From NCBI GenBank assembly GCA_965199095.1, contig CBDAQM010000004.1, positions 209,031 through 273,030 on the forward strand: DNA of 64,000 nt, written 5' to 3'. Position numbers and translations under genes: made by a program. The notes under the pieces are model-generated. The model did not search any database, was not told where the DNA came from, and saw nothing but the letters and a program-made list of their open reading frames with translations. This DNA comes from Acetobacteraceae bacterium. GTDB taxonomy: Bacteria; Pseudomonadota; Alphaproteobacteria; Acetobacterales; Acetobacteraceae. This document shows, piece after piece, positions 27,176 to 38,831 of this stretch (positions are counted from its first letter, which is position 1; each line of letters starts with the position of its first letter).

Positions 27176-28360
27176 ATGCCTTTCGTTACCCGTGACGGTG
27201 TGCGGCTGTATTGGCGCGTCGACGGCCATCCGGACCGCCCGGCATTGCTGCTGCTGAACTCGCTCGGCACCGACCATGCGCTGTGGGACGGGGTGGTGCG
27301 GGTGCTCTCCGGCCGGTTCCGGCTGTTGCGGATGGATACGCGCGGCCATGGCGCCTCCGACTCGCCGCCCGGCGACTACAGCATCGCGGATTTGGCCGCC
27401 GATGCGCTGGCGGTGCTGGACGCGGCCGGGGCCGCAAAGGCGGCGGTGGCGGGCGTGTCGCTGGGCGGTATGACGGCGCTGCAGATGGCGGCGACGGCGC
27501 CAGGCCGGCTGACGGCCATCGCGGTCTGCAACAGCACGGCGGAGGTCCCGCCGCAGATGTGGCTGGACCGCGCTGCCGCGGTGCGTGCCACCGGGATGGC
27601 GCCGCTGATGGACGCCATCCTGGCGCGTTGGTTCCCCGCCGCGGTGCGGGCCGCCAATCCGCCCTACCTCGCCACCGCCCGGGCGATGATGGTGGCGCAG
27701 GACCCGCAGGGCTATGCCGGCTGCTGCATGGCGATCGCCCGCCTGGCGGTGAAGCACGCCCTGCCCGGCATCGCGCTGCCGACGCTGGTGGTGGTGGGCT
27801 CGCTGGATGAGGCAACGCCCCCCGCCACGGGGGGCGAGCCGATCGCCGCGGCGATCCCAGGCGCCAAGCTGGTGAGCTTGCCGACCGGCCACATCTCGCC
27901 GCTGGAACGGCCCGACGCCCTGGCCGCGATCCTGGCGGACTTCCTGACGGCGGATGCGGATGACGCGCTGGCGGCTGGCCGCGCCGCCCTGTTCGACGCG
28001 GGCATCGGCAACCGCCGGGCGGTGCTGGGCGACGCCTGGGTGGACCGCGCGCTTGCCAAGCAGGGCGGCTTCGCGTGGGAGTTCCAGCAGTTCATCACCC
28101 GCTTCGCCTGGAGCGAGGTGTGGGGCCGCCCCGGCCTGGACCACCGCACCCGGCGCATCATCGTGCTGTCCATCACCATCGCCCTGGGCCGGTGGGAAGA
28201 ATTCCGCCTGCATACCCGCGCCGCGCTGGAGCAGAACGGGCTGACGGAGGACGAGGTGCGGGAGGTGCTGATCCAATCCGCCATCTACGCCGGCGTCCCC
28301 GCCGCCAACACCGCCTTCCACATGGTGGAGGAGATGCTGGCGGAGATGGGGCGGTCGTGA
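27176..28360 (+). CDS. bifunctional 3-oxoadipate enol-lactonase / 4-carboxymuconolactone decarboxylase-like fusion (PcaL/PcaDC-like)
   Basis: ORF 27176-28360. N-terminal alpha/beta hydrolase (nucleophile GVSLGG, HG oxyanion region), then a C-terminal CMD/AhpD-like domain (FAWSEVWGRPGLDHRTRRIIVLSITIALGRWEEF..HTRAAL.NG). Confidence 0.8.
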   Translation: MPFVTRDGVRLYWRVDGHPDRPALLLLNSLGTDHALWDGVVRVLSGRFRLLRMDTRGHGASDSPPGDYSIADLAADALAVLDAAGAAKAAVAGVSLGGMTALQMAATAPGRLTAIAVCNSTAEVPPQMWLDRAAAVRATGMAPLMDAILARWFPAAVRAANPPYLATARAMMVAQDPQGYAGCCMAIARLAVKHALPGIALPTLVVVGSLDEATPPATGGEPIAAAIPGAKLVSLPTGHISPLERPDALAAILADFLTADADDALAAGRAALFDAGIGNRRAVLGDAWVDRALAKQGGFAWEFQQFITRFAWSEVWGRPGLDHRTRRIIVLSITIALGRWEEFRLHTRAALEQNGLTEDEVREVLIQSAIYAGVPAANTAFHMVEEMLAEMGRS

Positions 28361-28366
28361 GGCCGG

Positions 28367-28430
28367 CCCTCACCCATAGGGAGAGGGAGAAGAAAAAGCC
28401 CTCTCCCTATGGGAGAGGGTTGGGTGAGGG
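28367..28430. repeat. REP-like nested palindrome, family GGGAGAGGG/GGGTGAGGG
   Basis: CCCTCACCC (28367-75) .. GGGAGAGGG (28379-87) .. CCCTCTCCC (28399-407) TAT GGGAGAGGG (28411-19) TT GGGTGAGGG (28422-30). Related copies at 30403-30498, 63021-63116 and 21692-21733. Confidence 0.8.
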
Positions 28431-28439
28431 TGCTACCCA

Positions 28440-29171
28440 TTGCCCCTGACCCTCTATCCCGCCATCGACCTGAAGGACGGCGCCTGCGTCCGCCTCCGCC
28501 GCGGCAAGATGGACGAGGCGACCGTCTACTCCGACGATCCCGCCGCCCAGGCGCAAGCCTGGCAGCATGCCGGCTGCCGCTGGCTGCACGTGGTTGACCT
28601 CAACGGCGCCTTCGCCGGCCGCGCCGTGAACGCGCCCGCCGTCGCCGCCATCCTGGGCGCGGCGACTGTGCCGGTGCAACTCGGCGGCGGCATCCGCGAC
28701 CTGGCGGGGGTGGAACATTGGCTCGCGGCAGGCGTGCGCCGGGTGATCCTGGGCAGCGCCGCCGTGCGCGACCCGGCGCTGGTGCGCGAGGCGTGCCGGC
28801 GCTTCCCCGGCCAGGTCGTCGTCGGCATCGACGCGCGGGACGGCTTCGTCGCGACGGATGGCTGGGCGGCAACCTCCACCCTGTCTGCCCCCGACCTCGC
28901 CGCCCGCTTCGCCGATGCCGGCGTGGCCGCGATCGTCTACACCGATATCGGCCGGGACGGGATGCTCGGCGGCCTCAACCTGCAACAGACCGCGGACCTT
29001 GCCACCGCCAGCAGCGTTCCGGTGATCGCCAGCGGCGGCGTCGGCAGCCTGGATGACCTATATGCTTTACGCGCGCTGGGTCACGCCAATATTGAGGGCG
29101 TGATCGTCGGCCGCGCCCTGTATGACGGCCGGGTGGACGCGGTGGAGGCGCTGGCGCTGTTGGACGGTTGA
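28440..29171 (+). CDS. hisA: 1-(5-phosphoribosyl)-5-[(5-phosphoribosylamino)methylideneamino]imidazole-4-carboxamide isomerase
   Basis: ORF 28440-29171 (TTG start). [41 protein letters not shown]. Confidence 0.9.
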   Translation: MPLTLYPAIDLKDGACVRLRRGKMDEATVYSDDPAAQAQAWQHAGCRWLHVVDLNGAFAGRAVNAPAVAAILGAATVPVQLGGGIRDLAGVEHWLAAGVRRVILGSAAVRDPALVREACRRFPGQVVVGIDARDGFVATDGWAATSTLSAPDLAARFADAGVAAIVYTDIGRDGMLGGLNLQQTADLATASSVPVIASGGVGSLDDLYALRALGHANIEGVIVGRALYDGRVDAVEALALLDG

Positions 29172-29208
29172 TCCGGTATGGGCTAGGCGTGGGGCAGGGG
29201 AGGAAACA

Positions 29209-30374
<1,166 letters not shown>

Positions 30375-30378
<4 letters not shown>

Positions 30379-30498
30379 CTCCCGCCTGCTTCGATCAAAA
30401 AGCCCTCTCCCCTTGGGAGAGGGTTGGGTGAGGGTCGTCCCACGAGAATCGTCCGCCGCGTTGGACCCTCACCCCGACCCTCTCCCAGAAGGAGAGGG
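30375..30498. repeat. REP-like element, family GGGAGAGGG/GGGTGAGGG (two inverted half-elements plus shared left flank)
   Basis: ATGACTCCCGCCTG (30375-88, overlapping the ivd stop). CCCTCTCCC-3nt-GGGAGAGGG-TT-GGGTGAGGG (30403-34), a 31-nt spacer, then CCCTCACCC-CGA-CCCTCTCCC-4nt-GGAGAGGG (30466-98). Confidence 0.8.
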
Positions 30499-30515
30499 AG
30501 ACACGGAGTGGCATA

Positions 30516-32123
30516 GTGCCCGTCCTTGAAACCACCCTGGACCTGCGCTCCCCCGACGCACGTGCCAACGCCGCCCACATGGCCGAGTTGGTGGCCGACC
30601 TCCGCCTTGTGGCCGCCCGCGTGCGCGAGGGCGGGGGCGAGGCGTCGCGCTATCGCCATGTGTCCCGCGGCAAGCTGCTGCCGCGCGACCGCATCCGCGC
30701 CCTGATCGACCCGGCCTCACCCTTCCTGGAGGTCGGGCAGCTCGCGGCGCACGGCCTTTATGGCGGCGAAGTCCCCTCCGCCGGCATCATCACCGGCGTG
30801 GGCCGGATCGCCGGGCGCGAGTGCATGGTGGTGGCGAACGACGCGACGGTGAAAGGCGGGTCCTATTACCCGCTGACCGTGAAGAAGCATCTGCGCGCGC
30901 AGGAAATCGCGCTGCAGAACCGGCTGCCGTGCCTGTACCTGGTGGATAGTGGCGGCGCCAACCTGCCGAACCAGGATGAGGTGTTCCCCGACCGTGACCA
31001 TTTCGGCCGCATCTTCTTCAACCAGGCCACCATGTCGTCGCAAGGCATCGCGCAGATCGCCGTGGTCATGGGCTCGTGCACCGCAGGTGGCGCCTACGTC
31101 CCTGCCATGTCCGACGAAAGCATCATCGTCCGCAACCAGGGCACGATCTTCCTCGCCGGGCCGCCGCTGGTGAAGGCGGCGACCGGCGAAGTGGTGACGG
31201 CGGAGGACTTAGGTGGCGCCGACGTGCACAGCCGCGTCTCCGGCGTGACGGACCACTATGCCGAAAGCGACTCCCACGCGCTCGGCATCGCGCGGCGCAT
31301 CGTGGCGAGCCTGAACACGGTGAAGCAGCCCGGCGTCGCGCTGCGGGAGCCGGTGGCGCCACGCTACGATCCGCAGGACCTGCATTCGATCATCCCTACC
31401 GACACCCGCCACCCGTTCGACGTGCGCGAGGTGATCGCGCGGCTGGTGGACGGCAGCGAGTTCGACGAGTTCAAGCGGCTGTACGGCGCCACGCTGGTGA
31501 CCGGGTTCGCCCATGTCTGGGGCTACCCGGTCGGCATCGTCGCCAATAACGGCATCCTGTTCAGCGAGTCCGCGCAGAAGGGCGCGCATTTCATCGAACT
31601 TTGCGCCCAGCGCGGCATCCCGCTGGTGTTCCTGCAGAACATCACCGGCTTCATGGTCGGCCGCAAATACGAGGCCGGCGGCATCGCCAAGGATGGCGCC
31701 AAGATGGTCACCGCGGTCGCTACCGCCGCCGTGCCGAAATTCACCATCGTGATCGGCGGCAGCTTCGGCGCGGGCAATTACGGCATGTGCGGCCGCGCCT
31801 ATTCGCCGCGCTTCCTTTGGATGTGGCCGAATGCGCGGATCGGCGTGATGGGGGGCGAGCAGGCGGCCTCCGTGCTCGCCACCATCCGGCGTGACGCGAT
31901 CGAGGCAAAGGGCGGCGCCTGGCCCGCCGCGGAGGAAGACGCGTTCAAGGCGCCGATCCGCGCCCAATACGAGACTCAGGGTCATCCTTATTACTCCTCC
32001 GCCCGGCTGTGGGACGACGGCGTGATCGACCCGGCGGACACGCGCCGGGTGCTCGCCCTCGGCCTGTCCGCCAGCCTGAACGCGCCGATCCCGCAAACCC
32101 GCTTCGGCCTGTTCCGGATGTGA
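30516..32123 (+). CDS. mccB: methylcrotonoyl-CoA carboxylase, carboxyltransferase (beta) subunit
   Basis: ORF 30516-32123 (GTG). Carboxyltransferase N and C domains ([44 protein letters not shown]), sited between ivd and the biotin carboxylase subunit. Confidence 0.9.
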   Translation: MPVLETTLDLRSPDARANAAHMAELVADLRLVAARVREGGGEASRYRHVSRGKLLPRDRIRALIDPASPFLEVGQLAAHGLYGGEVPSAGIITGVGRIAGRECMVVANDATVKGGSYYPLTVKKHLRAQEIALQNRLPCLYLVDSGGANLPNQDEVFPDRDHFGRIFFNQATMSSQGIAQIAVVMGSCTAGGAYVPAMSDESIIVRNQGTIFLAGPPLVKAATGEVVTAEDLGGADVHSRVSGVTDHYAESDSHALGIARRIVASLNTVKQPGVALREPVAPRYDPQDLHSIIPTDTRHPFDVREVIARLVDGSEFDEFKRLYGATLVTGFAHVWGYPVGIVANNGILFSESAQKGAHFIELCAQRGIPLVFLQNITGFMVGRKYEAGGIAKDGAKMVTAVATAAVPKFTIVIGGSFGAGNYGMCGRAYSPRFLWMWPNARIGVMGGEQAASVLATIRRDAIEAKGGAWPAAEEDAFKAPIRAQYETQGHPYYSSARLWDDGVIDPADTRRVLALGLSASLNAPIPQTRFGLFRM

Positions 32124-32128
32124 CGGCC

Positions 32129-34108
<1,980 letters not shown>

Positions 34109-34164
34109 GGCCGTTAATCCACACTGCGACTCGTGTCGTACTGATTTGCTGCTATGTGTTGGGC

Positions 34165-34395
34165 ATGACCACACTTCTCGATCGCGCAGTTGAGGCTGCA
34201 CGCGCCCTGCCTCCGGCAACGCAAGATGACATCGCGCGTCTCGTGCTGCGGCTGACCGACCTGGATGAAACGGCGCCCATTGCTCTTACCGCGGAGGAGC
34301 GTGCAGCTCTCGTTGTATCGAAGGCCGCTGCCGCGTGTGGCGAGTTCGCCACGGATGAGCAAGTCCGCGCTATTTGGGCAAAACACGCTTTGTGA
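34165..34395 (+). CDS. type II antitoxin (small helical, addiction-module antidote type) paired with ParE
   Basis: 76-aa C-terminal part of ORF 33586-34395. Its stop overlaps the toxin GTG (GTGA). Locally reduced GC. Confidence 0.6.
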   Translation: MTTLLDRAVEAARALPPATQDDIARLVLRLTDLDETAPIALTAEERAALVVSKAAAACGEFATDEQVRAIWAKHAL

Positions 34396-34685
34396 AACTG
34401 CGCTACACTCGGCCAGCGCTTGGCGACCTTGATTTCATCCTTGATGACATCGCTATGCACGCTCCTCAGGGGGCCAAGCGCGTGCAGCGACGAATACAGG
34501 TCATCATCGATCTACTGTTAGTGTATCCGCTCATCGGCACCCGCACAGCCGACCCAGCTATCCGGCGGATGACGACGCTGCCTTACCCTTACCTAATTTT
34601 CTACCAGCCGACCGACAGTGAGATTATCATCCATGGTGTGCGGCACGCGAAACGTGACCCGATCGGGATGCCTGGCGCGTTGTGA
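34392..34685 (+). CDS. parE: ParE/RelE-superfamily type II toxin
   Basis: GTG 34392 within ORF 34374-34685. LRYTRPALGDLDFILDDIA...YPLIG.R....IRRMTTLPYPYLIFYQPTDSEIIIHGVRH matches the ParE fold pattern. Confidence 0.75.
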   Translation: MKLRYTRPALGDLDFILDDIAMHAPQGAKRVQRRIQVIIDLLLVYPLIGTRTADPAIRRMTTLPYPYLIFYQPTDSEIIIHGVRHAKRDPIGMPGAL

Positions 34686-34742
34686 GCGTCGACCAACGGC
34701 AACGCCGTTCACGCCACAGCAAGGATTAGGGGACGATCGCGG

Positions 34743-35777
34743 CTAAAGCGCCAACTGCACCTTCATCGCCCGCCCCTTGTCCCCCGCCAATTCAAACGCG
34801 CGGACCGCCTCGGCCAGCGGCACGACCTCCGTCAGCAACGCCGAAACATTGATCGCGCCGGTGGCGAGGAAGCCTACCGCCCACTCGAACTCCTCGTGGA
34901 AGCGGAACGTGCCGCGCAGGCTGATCTCCTTGGCGACCAGCATGTTGATGGGCAGCGTCATCTCGCCCCCGCTGATCCCCAGTTGCACGATGACGCCGCC
35001 GGGCCGGGTGGCCTCCAGCGCGGCGGCCAGGGCGATGGCGCTGCCGGAGGCTTCGATCACCGTGTCGAAATAGCCCTTGTCCGCCTTGAACCGGCTCAGC
35101 GCCTCCGGGTCGGCCCGGGTGTTCAGCGCGGTGTCGGCGCCGATGCGGCGGGCGATCGCCAGGGGGGCGTCGATGATGTCTGTCGCCACCACCTCCTGCG
35201 CGCCGGCATGGCGGGCGACCACGATGGCCAGGGCGCCGATCGGGCCGGTGCCGGTCACCAGCACGCGCTTGCCCAGCAGGCTGCCCGCCTGCCGCACCGC
35301 ATGCAGGCACACGGCGAGCGGCTCGGCGAACGCCGCCGTCTGCAGCGGCACGGTCGGGGGCACCGGCACGGCCTGCGCCTCCGTGCAGACCAGCACTTCG
35401 CGGAACCCGCCATGGACGTGCGGCATGCGCATGGCGCTGCCGTAGAACTGCATGTCGAGGCACTGGTTCGCCTGGCCGGCCAGGCAGAACTTGCAGCGGC
35501 CGCACGCCTGACTGGGGTTGACCGCCACGCGGTCGCCGGGCCGCACGCGCGTGACCTCCGCACCCACCTGCGTCACCTCGCCGGCGATTTCGTGGCCAAG
35601 GATCATCGGGTGCCGAATCCGCACCGTGCCGAAGCCGCCATGCTGGTAGTAGTGCAGGTCGGACCCGCAGATGCCGCCGGCGCGGATGCGGACCATGACG
35701 TCGCGCGGGCCGACAGCCTGGACCTCCGCCTCCTCGATGCGCAGGTCGTGGGGGGCGTGGATGATGGCGGCCTTCAT
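34743..35777 (-). CDS. Zn-dependent medium-chain dehydrogenase, L-idonate 5-dehydrogenase/sorbitol dehydrogenase-like
   Basis: Internal ATG (Met15 of ORF 34743-35819). CGSDLHYY, GHEIAGEV, structural Zn motif CGRCKFCLAGQANQC, Rossmann VLVTGTGPIG. Confidence 0.8.
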   Translation of the reverse strand: MKAAIIHAPHDLRIEEAEVQAVGPRDVMVRIRAGGICGSDLHYYQHGGFGTVRIRHPMILGHEIAGEVTQVGAEVTRVRPGDRVAVNPSQACGRCKFCLAGQANQCLDMQFYGSAMRMPHVHGGFREVLVCTEAQAVPVPPTVPLQTAAFAEPLAVCLHAVRQAGSLLGKRVLVTGTGPIGALAIVVARHAGAQEVVATDIIDAPLAIARRIGADTALNTRADPEALSRFKADKGYFDTVIEASGSAIALAAALEATRPGGVIVQLGISGGEMTLPINMLVAKEISLRGTFRFHEEFEWAVGFLATGAINVSALLTEVVPLAEAVRAFELAGDKGRAMKVQLAL

Positions 35778-35843
35778 GGGCGTGCTCCCGTTTGGCGTTC
35801 TGTCCGCAACCGGTAACATGCCGCCTGCCAGGGAGGAACGCCG

Positions 35844-37043
35844 ATGAAGATCACCGCCATCGAGACGTTGCGCACCGCCGAGTTCAGCAACGTGCTATGG
35901 GTCCGCGTGCACACCGATGCCGGCGTGGTCGGGCTGGGCGAGACGTTCTACGGCGCCGCCGCGGTCGAGGCGCATCTGCACGACACGCTGGCCGGGCGCC
36001 TGCTGGGCCGCAACCCGCTGCATATCGAGGCGCTGCATCGCGAGATGCTGAACCTGCCGATGGCGCAGTCCAGCACCGGGGTGGAATACCGCGCCGCCTC
36101 CGCGGTGGACATCGCGCTGTGGGATGCGTTCGGCAAGGTGTGCAACCAACCGGTGCACCAGATGCTGGGCGGGCTCTGCCGGCCGAAGCAGCGCATCTAC
36201 AATACCTGCGCCGGCTACGGCTACGTCCGGTCGCACAACATCAAGCCCGTCTCCACCTGGAACTTCGACGCGGCGGCCGGCCCGTACGAGGATTTGCAGG
36301 GCTTCATGCACCGCGCCGACGCGGTGGCGGAAAGCCTGCTGGAATCCGGCATCTCCGCGATGAAGATCTGGCCGTTCGACCCGGCGGCGATCGAGACTGA
36401 CGGCCTGTCGATCACCCCGTCGCAGTTGAAGGCGGCGTTGCAGCCATTCGAGAAAATCCGCCGCGCCGTGGGCGACCGGATGGAGATCATGGTCGAGTTC
36501 CATTGCCTGTGGAACCTGCCCATGGCGAAGAAGCTGGCCAAATGGCTGGAGCCGTACAGCCCTACCTGGTATGAGGACCCGATCCGCATGAACTCGCCCC
36601 AAGCCCTGGCGGAGCTGGCCCGGTCGACCGATGTGTGGATTTGCGCCAGCGAGACGCTGGGCAGCCGCTTTCCCTACAAGGATATGCTGGACCGCGATGC
36701 GATAGGGGTGGTGATGGCCGATCTGTGCTGGACCGGCGGGCTGACCGAGGGGCGCAAGATCGCCGCCATGGCGGACACCTACCACCGGCCCTTCGCGCCG
36801 CATGATTGCGTGGGCCCGGTCGGGTTCATCGCCGGCATCCACGCCTCGTTCAGCCAGCCCAACACGCTGATCCAGGAGAGCGTGCGCGCCTTCTACACCG
36901 GCTGGTACAAGGAACTCGTCACGGTCATGCCAGTGATCCAGGATGGTTATGTTTTGCCTATGGAGGGACCGGGGCTCGGCACGGAATTGCTGCCGGCGGT
37001 GTTCGAGCGGCCGGACCTCACCGTCCGCCGGTCGGAGGCGTAG
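35844..37043 (+). CDS. enolase-superfamily (mandelate racemase/muconate lactonising enzyme family) acid-sugar dehydratase
   Basis: ORF 35844-37043. MKITAIET...VRVHTDAGVVGLGET capping domain, barrel with ..MVEFHCLW.., WYEDP, ..ASETL.. metal-ligand positions. Confidence 0.8.
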   Translation: MKITAIETLRTAEFSNVLWVRVHTDAGVVGLGETFYGAAAVEAHLHDTLAGRLLGRNPLHIEALHREMLNLPMAQSSTGVEYRAASAVDIALWDAFGKVCNQPVHQMLGGLCRPKQRIYNTCAGYGYVRSHNIKPVSTWNFDAAAGPYEDLQGFMHRADAVAESLLESGISAMKIWPFDPAAIETDGLSITPSQLKAALQPFEKIRRAVGDRMEIMVEFHCLWNLPMAKKLAKWLEPYSPTWYEDPIRMNSPQALAELARSTDVWICASETLGSRFPYKDMLDRDAIGVVMADLCWTGGLTEGRKIAAMADTYHRPFAPHDCVGPVGFIAGIHASFSQPNTLIQESVRAFYTGWYKELVTVMPVIQDGYVLPMEGPGLGTELLPAVFERPDLTVRRSEA

Positions 37044-37046
37044 GCG

Positions 37047-37808
37047 ATGACCCTGTTCGATCTCACCGGCCGCACGGCGCTGGTCACCGGCTCCTCCCGC
37101 GGCCTGGGCCGCGCCATGGCGGAGGGGCTGGCCGCGGCGGGTGCGGCCATCGTGCTCAACGGGTCCGACCCCGCGCGCCTGCAGGAGGCCGCGGCCGCGA
37201 TGCGGGCGGCGGGGCACACCGTGCACGAGGCCCGCTTCGACGTGACGGACGAACCGGCCGTGCTGGCGGCGTTCGCGGCGCTGGATGCGCAGGGGATCGC
37301 CGTCGACATCCTGGTGAACAATGCCGGCATCCAGTTCCGCAAACCCATGCTGGACCTGGACATGGCGGACTGGCGCCGGGTGATGGAGACCAACCTCACC
37401 AGCGCCTTCGTCGTGGGGCGGGAGGCGGCGCGACGCATGGTCCCGCGCGGTCGCGGCAAGATCGTCAATATCGGCTCGCTCACCAGCGACGCCGCCCGCG
37501 CCACCGTGGCGCCGTACACGGTGGCGAAGGGCGGCATCAAGATGCTCACCCGCGCCATGACGGCGGAGTGGGCCGCGCACGGGATCCAGGCCAACGCGAT
37601 CGGCCCCGGCTATATGCTGACCGACATGAACGAGGCGCTGGTCAACGACCCGGCGTTCAACGCCTGGGTGATCGGCCGCACGCCGGCCCGGCGCTGGGGC
37701 AAGCCGGACGAACTGATCGGCGCCGTGGTGTTCCTGGCCTCGGCCGCGTCCGACTACGTCAACGGCCAGATCATCTACGTCGATGGCGGCATGCTGGCCG
37801 TGCTGTAG
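37047..37808 (+). CDS. SDR-family oxidoreductase, gluconate 5-dehydrogenase-like
   Basis: ORF 37047-37808. TGSSRGLG, NNAG, catalytic YTVAKGG, PGYMLTD. Confidence 0.8.
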   Translation: MTLFDLTGRTALVTGSSRGLGRAMAEGLAAAGAAIVLNGSDPARLQEAAAAMRAAGHTVHEARFDVTDEPAVLAAFAALDAQGIAVDILVNNAGIQFRKPMLDLDMADWRRVMETNLTSAFVVGREAARRMVPRGRGKIVNIGSLTSDAARATVAPYTVAKGGIKMLTRAMTAEWAAHGIQANAIGPGYMLTDMNEALVNDPAFNAWVIGRTPARRWGKPDELIGAVVFLASAASDYVNGQIIYVDGGMLAVL

Positions 37809-37819
37809 TACCAGCGTAC

Positions 37820-37907
37820 GGTGCGATGCTGCTTCGAGCATTGCACCACGCCACCGAGCGAGTCGTACGTCACGAAGCATGGTGCAATCCTCCAAGCGGA
37901 TTGCACC
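37820..37907. terminator. two tandem 10-bp-stem hairpins sharing the motif GGTGCRATSC (bidirectional terminator or REP-like pair)
   Basis: GGTGCGATGC-8nt-GCATTGCACC (37820-37847, one G-U) and GGTGCAATCC-7nt-GGATTGCACC (37881-37907, perfect). They lie in the 120-nt gap between convergent genes. No T tract. Confidence 0.5.
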
Positions 37908-37928
37908 CTACGCCTGCTGTGGCCGCAC

Positions 37929-38831
37929 TCAGCCGCGGGCGCTGCGTGGGTCCAGCATGTCGCGCAACCCGTCGCCGAACAGGTTGAAGCCGAGCACGGT
38001 GAGGAAGATGAACAGGCCCGGGAACAGGCTGTACCACCACCAATCCGGCATGTAGCTGCGGGCGACCGAGACCATCGCGCCCCATTCCGGCGCCGGCGGC
38101 TTGGCCCCCAACCCGATGAAGCCGAGCGAGGCAACCGCCAGGATCGCCAGCCCCATATCCATGCTCGCCTTCACGATCAGCGGCGAGATGCAGTTCGGCA
38201 GGATGTGGCGCAGCAGGATCCAGCCATGCCCGGCGCCCATGGTGCGCGCGGCCTCGACATAGGGCTCGCTGCGCAGCGTCAGCGCCTTGGCCTCGATCAG
38301 CCGGACATAGCCGGGCCACCACACCACCGACAGCGCCAGCACGGCATGCAGCACGCCGGGGCCGAGCGCGGACACGATGGCCAGCGCCAGCACCAGACCG
38401 GGCACGGCCAGGAACACGTCCGTCACCCGCATGATCACCGCGCGCGCCATCCCGCCGAGATAGCCGGCGGCAATGCCCAGCGGCACCCCGACCAGGCTGG
38501 CGATCCCGGTGATGACCAGCCCGACCCACAGGCTGGTGCGGGCGCCGATCACCACGCGGGACAGGATGTCGTCGCCCATCTCGTCCGTGCCGAACCAATG
38601 CGCGGCGGAGGGCGGTTGCAGCCGCTGCGCCAGGTGCATCGCCCCGGTCGCGTCCGCCGGGTCAGGGGCGAGCCACGGCCCCAACAGCGCCAGCAGCAGG
38701 AATGCCGCCACCAGCCCCAGCCCGAGCAGGGACGACGCGCTGCCCGACAACGTCCACACCACGAAGCGCAGCCGCCGCAGCCGGGCTGCCCGGCGCAACG
38801 GCACGGCCACGCGGATGGCCAGCCCGCTCAT
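37929..38831 (-). CDS. oligopeptide/dipeptide-type ABC transporter permease (DppC-like)
   Basis: Internal ATG (Met92 of ORF 37929-39104) in an ATGA overlap with the upstream permease stop. EAA loop EAARTMGAGHGWILLRHILPN. Confidence 0.85.
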   Translation of the reverse strand: MSGLAIRVAVPLRRAARLRRLRFVVWTLSGSASSLLGLGLVAAFLLLALLGPWLAPDPADATGAMHLAQRLQPPSAAHWFGTDEMGDDILSRVVIGARTSLWVGLVITGIASLVGVPLGIAAGYLGGMARAVIMRVTDVFLAVPGLVLALAIVSALGPGVLHAVLALSVVWWPGYVRLIEAKALTLRSEPYVEAARTMGAGHGWILLRHILPNCISPLIVKASMDMGLAILAVASLGFIGLGAKPPAPEWGAMVSVARSYMPDWWWYSLFPGLFIFLTVLGFNLFGDGLRDMLDPRSARG

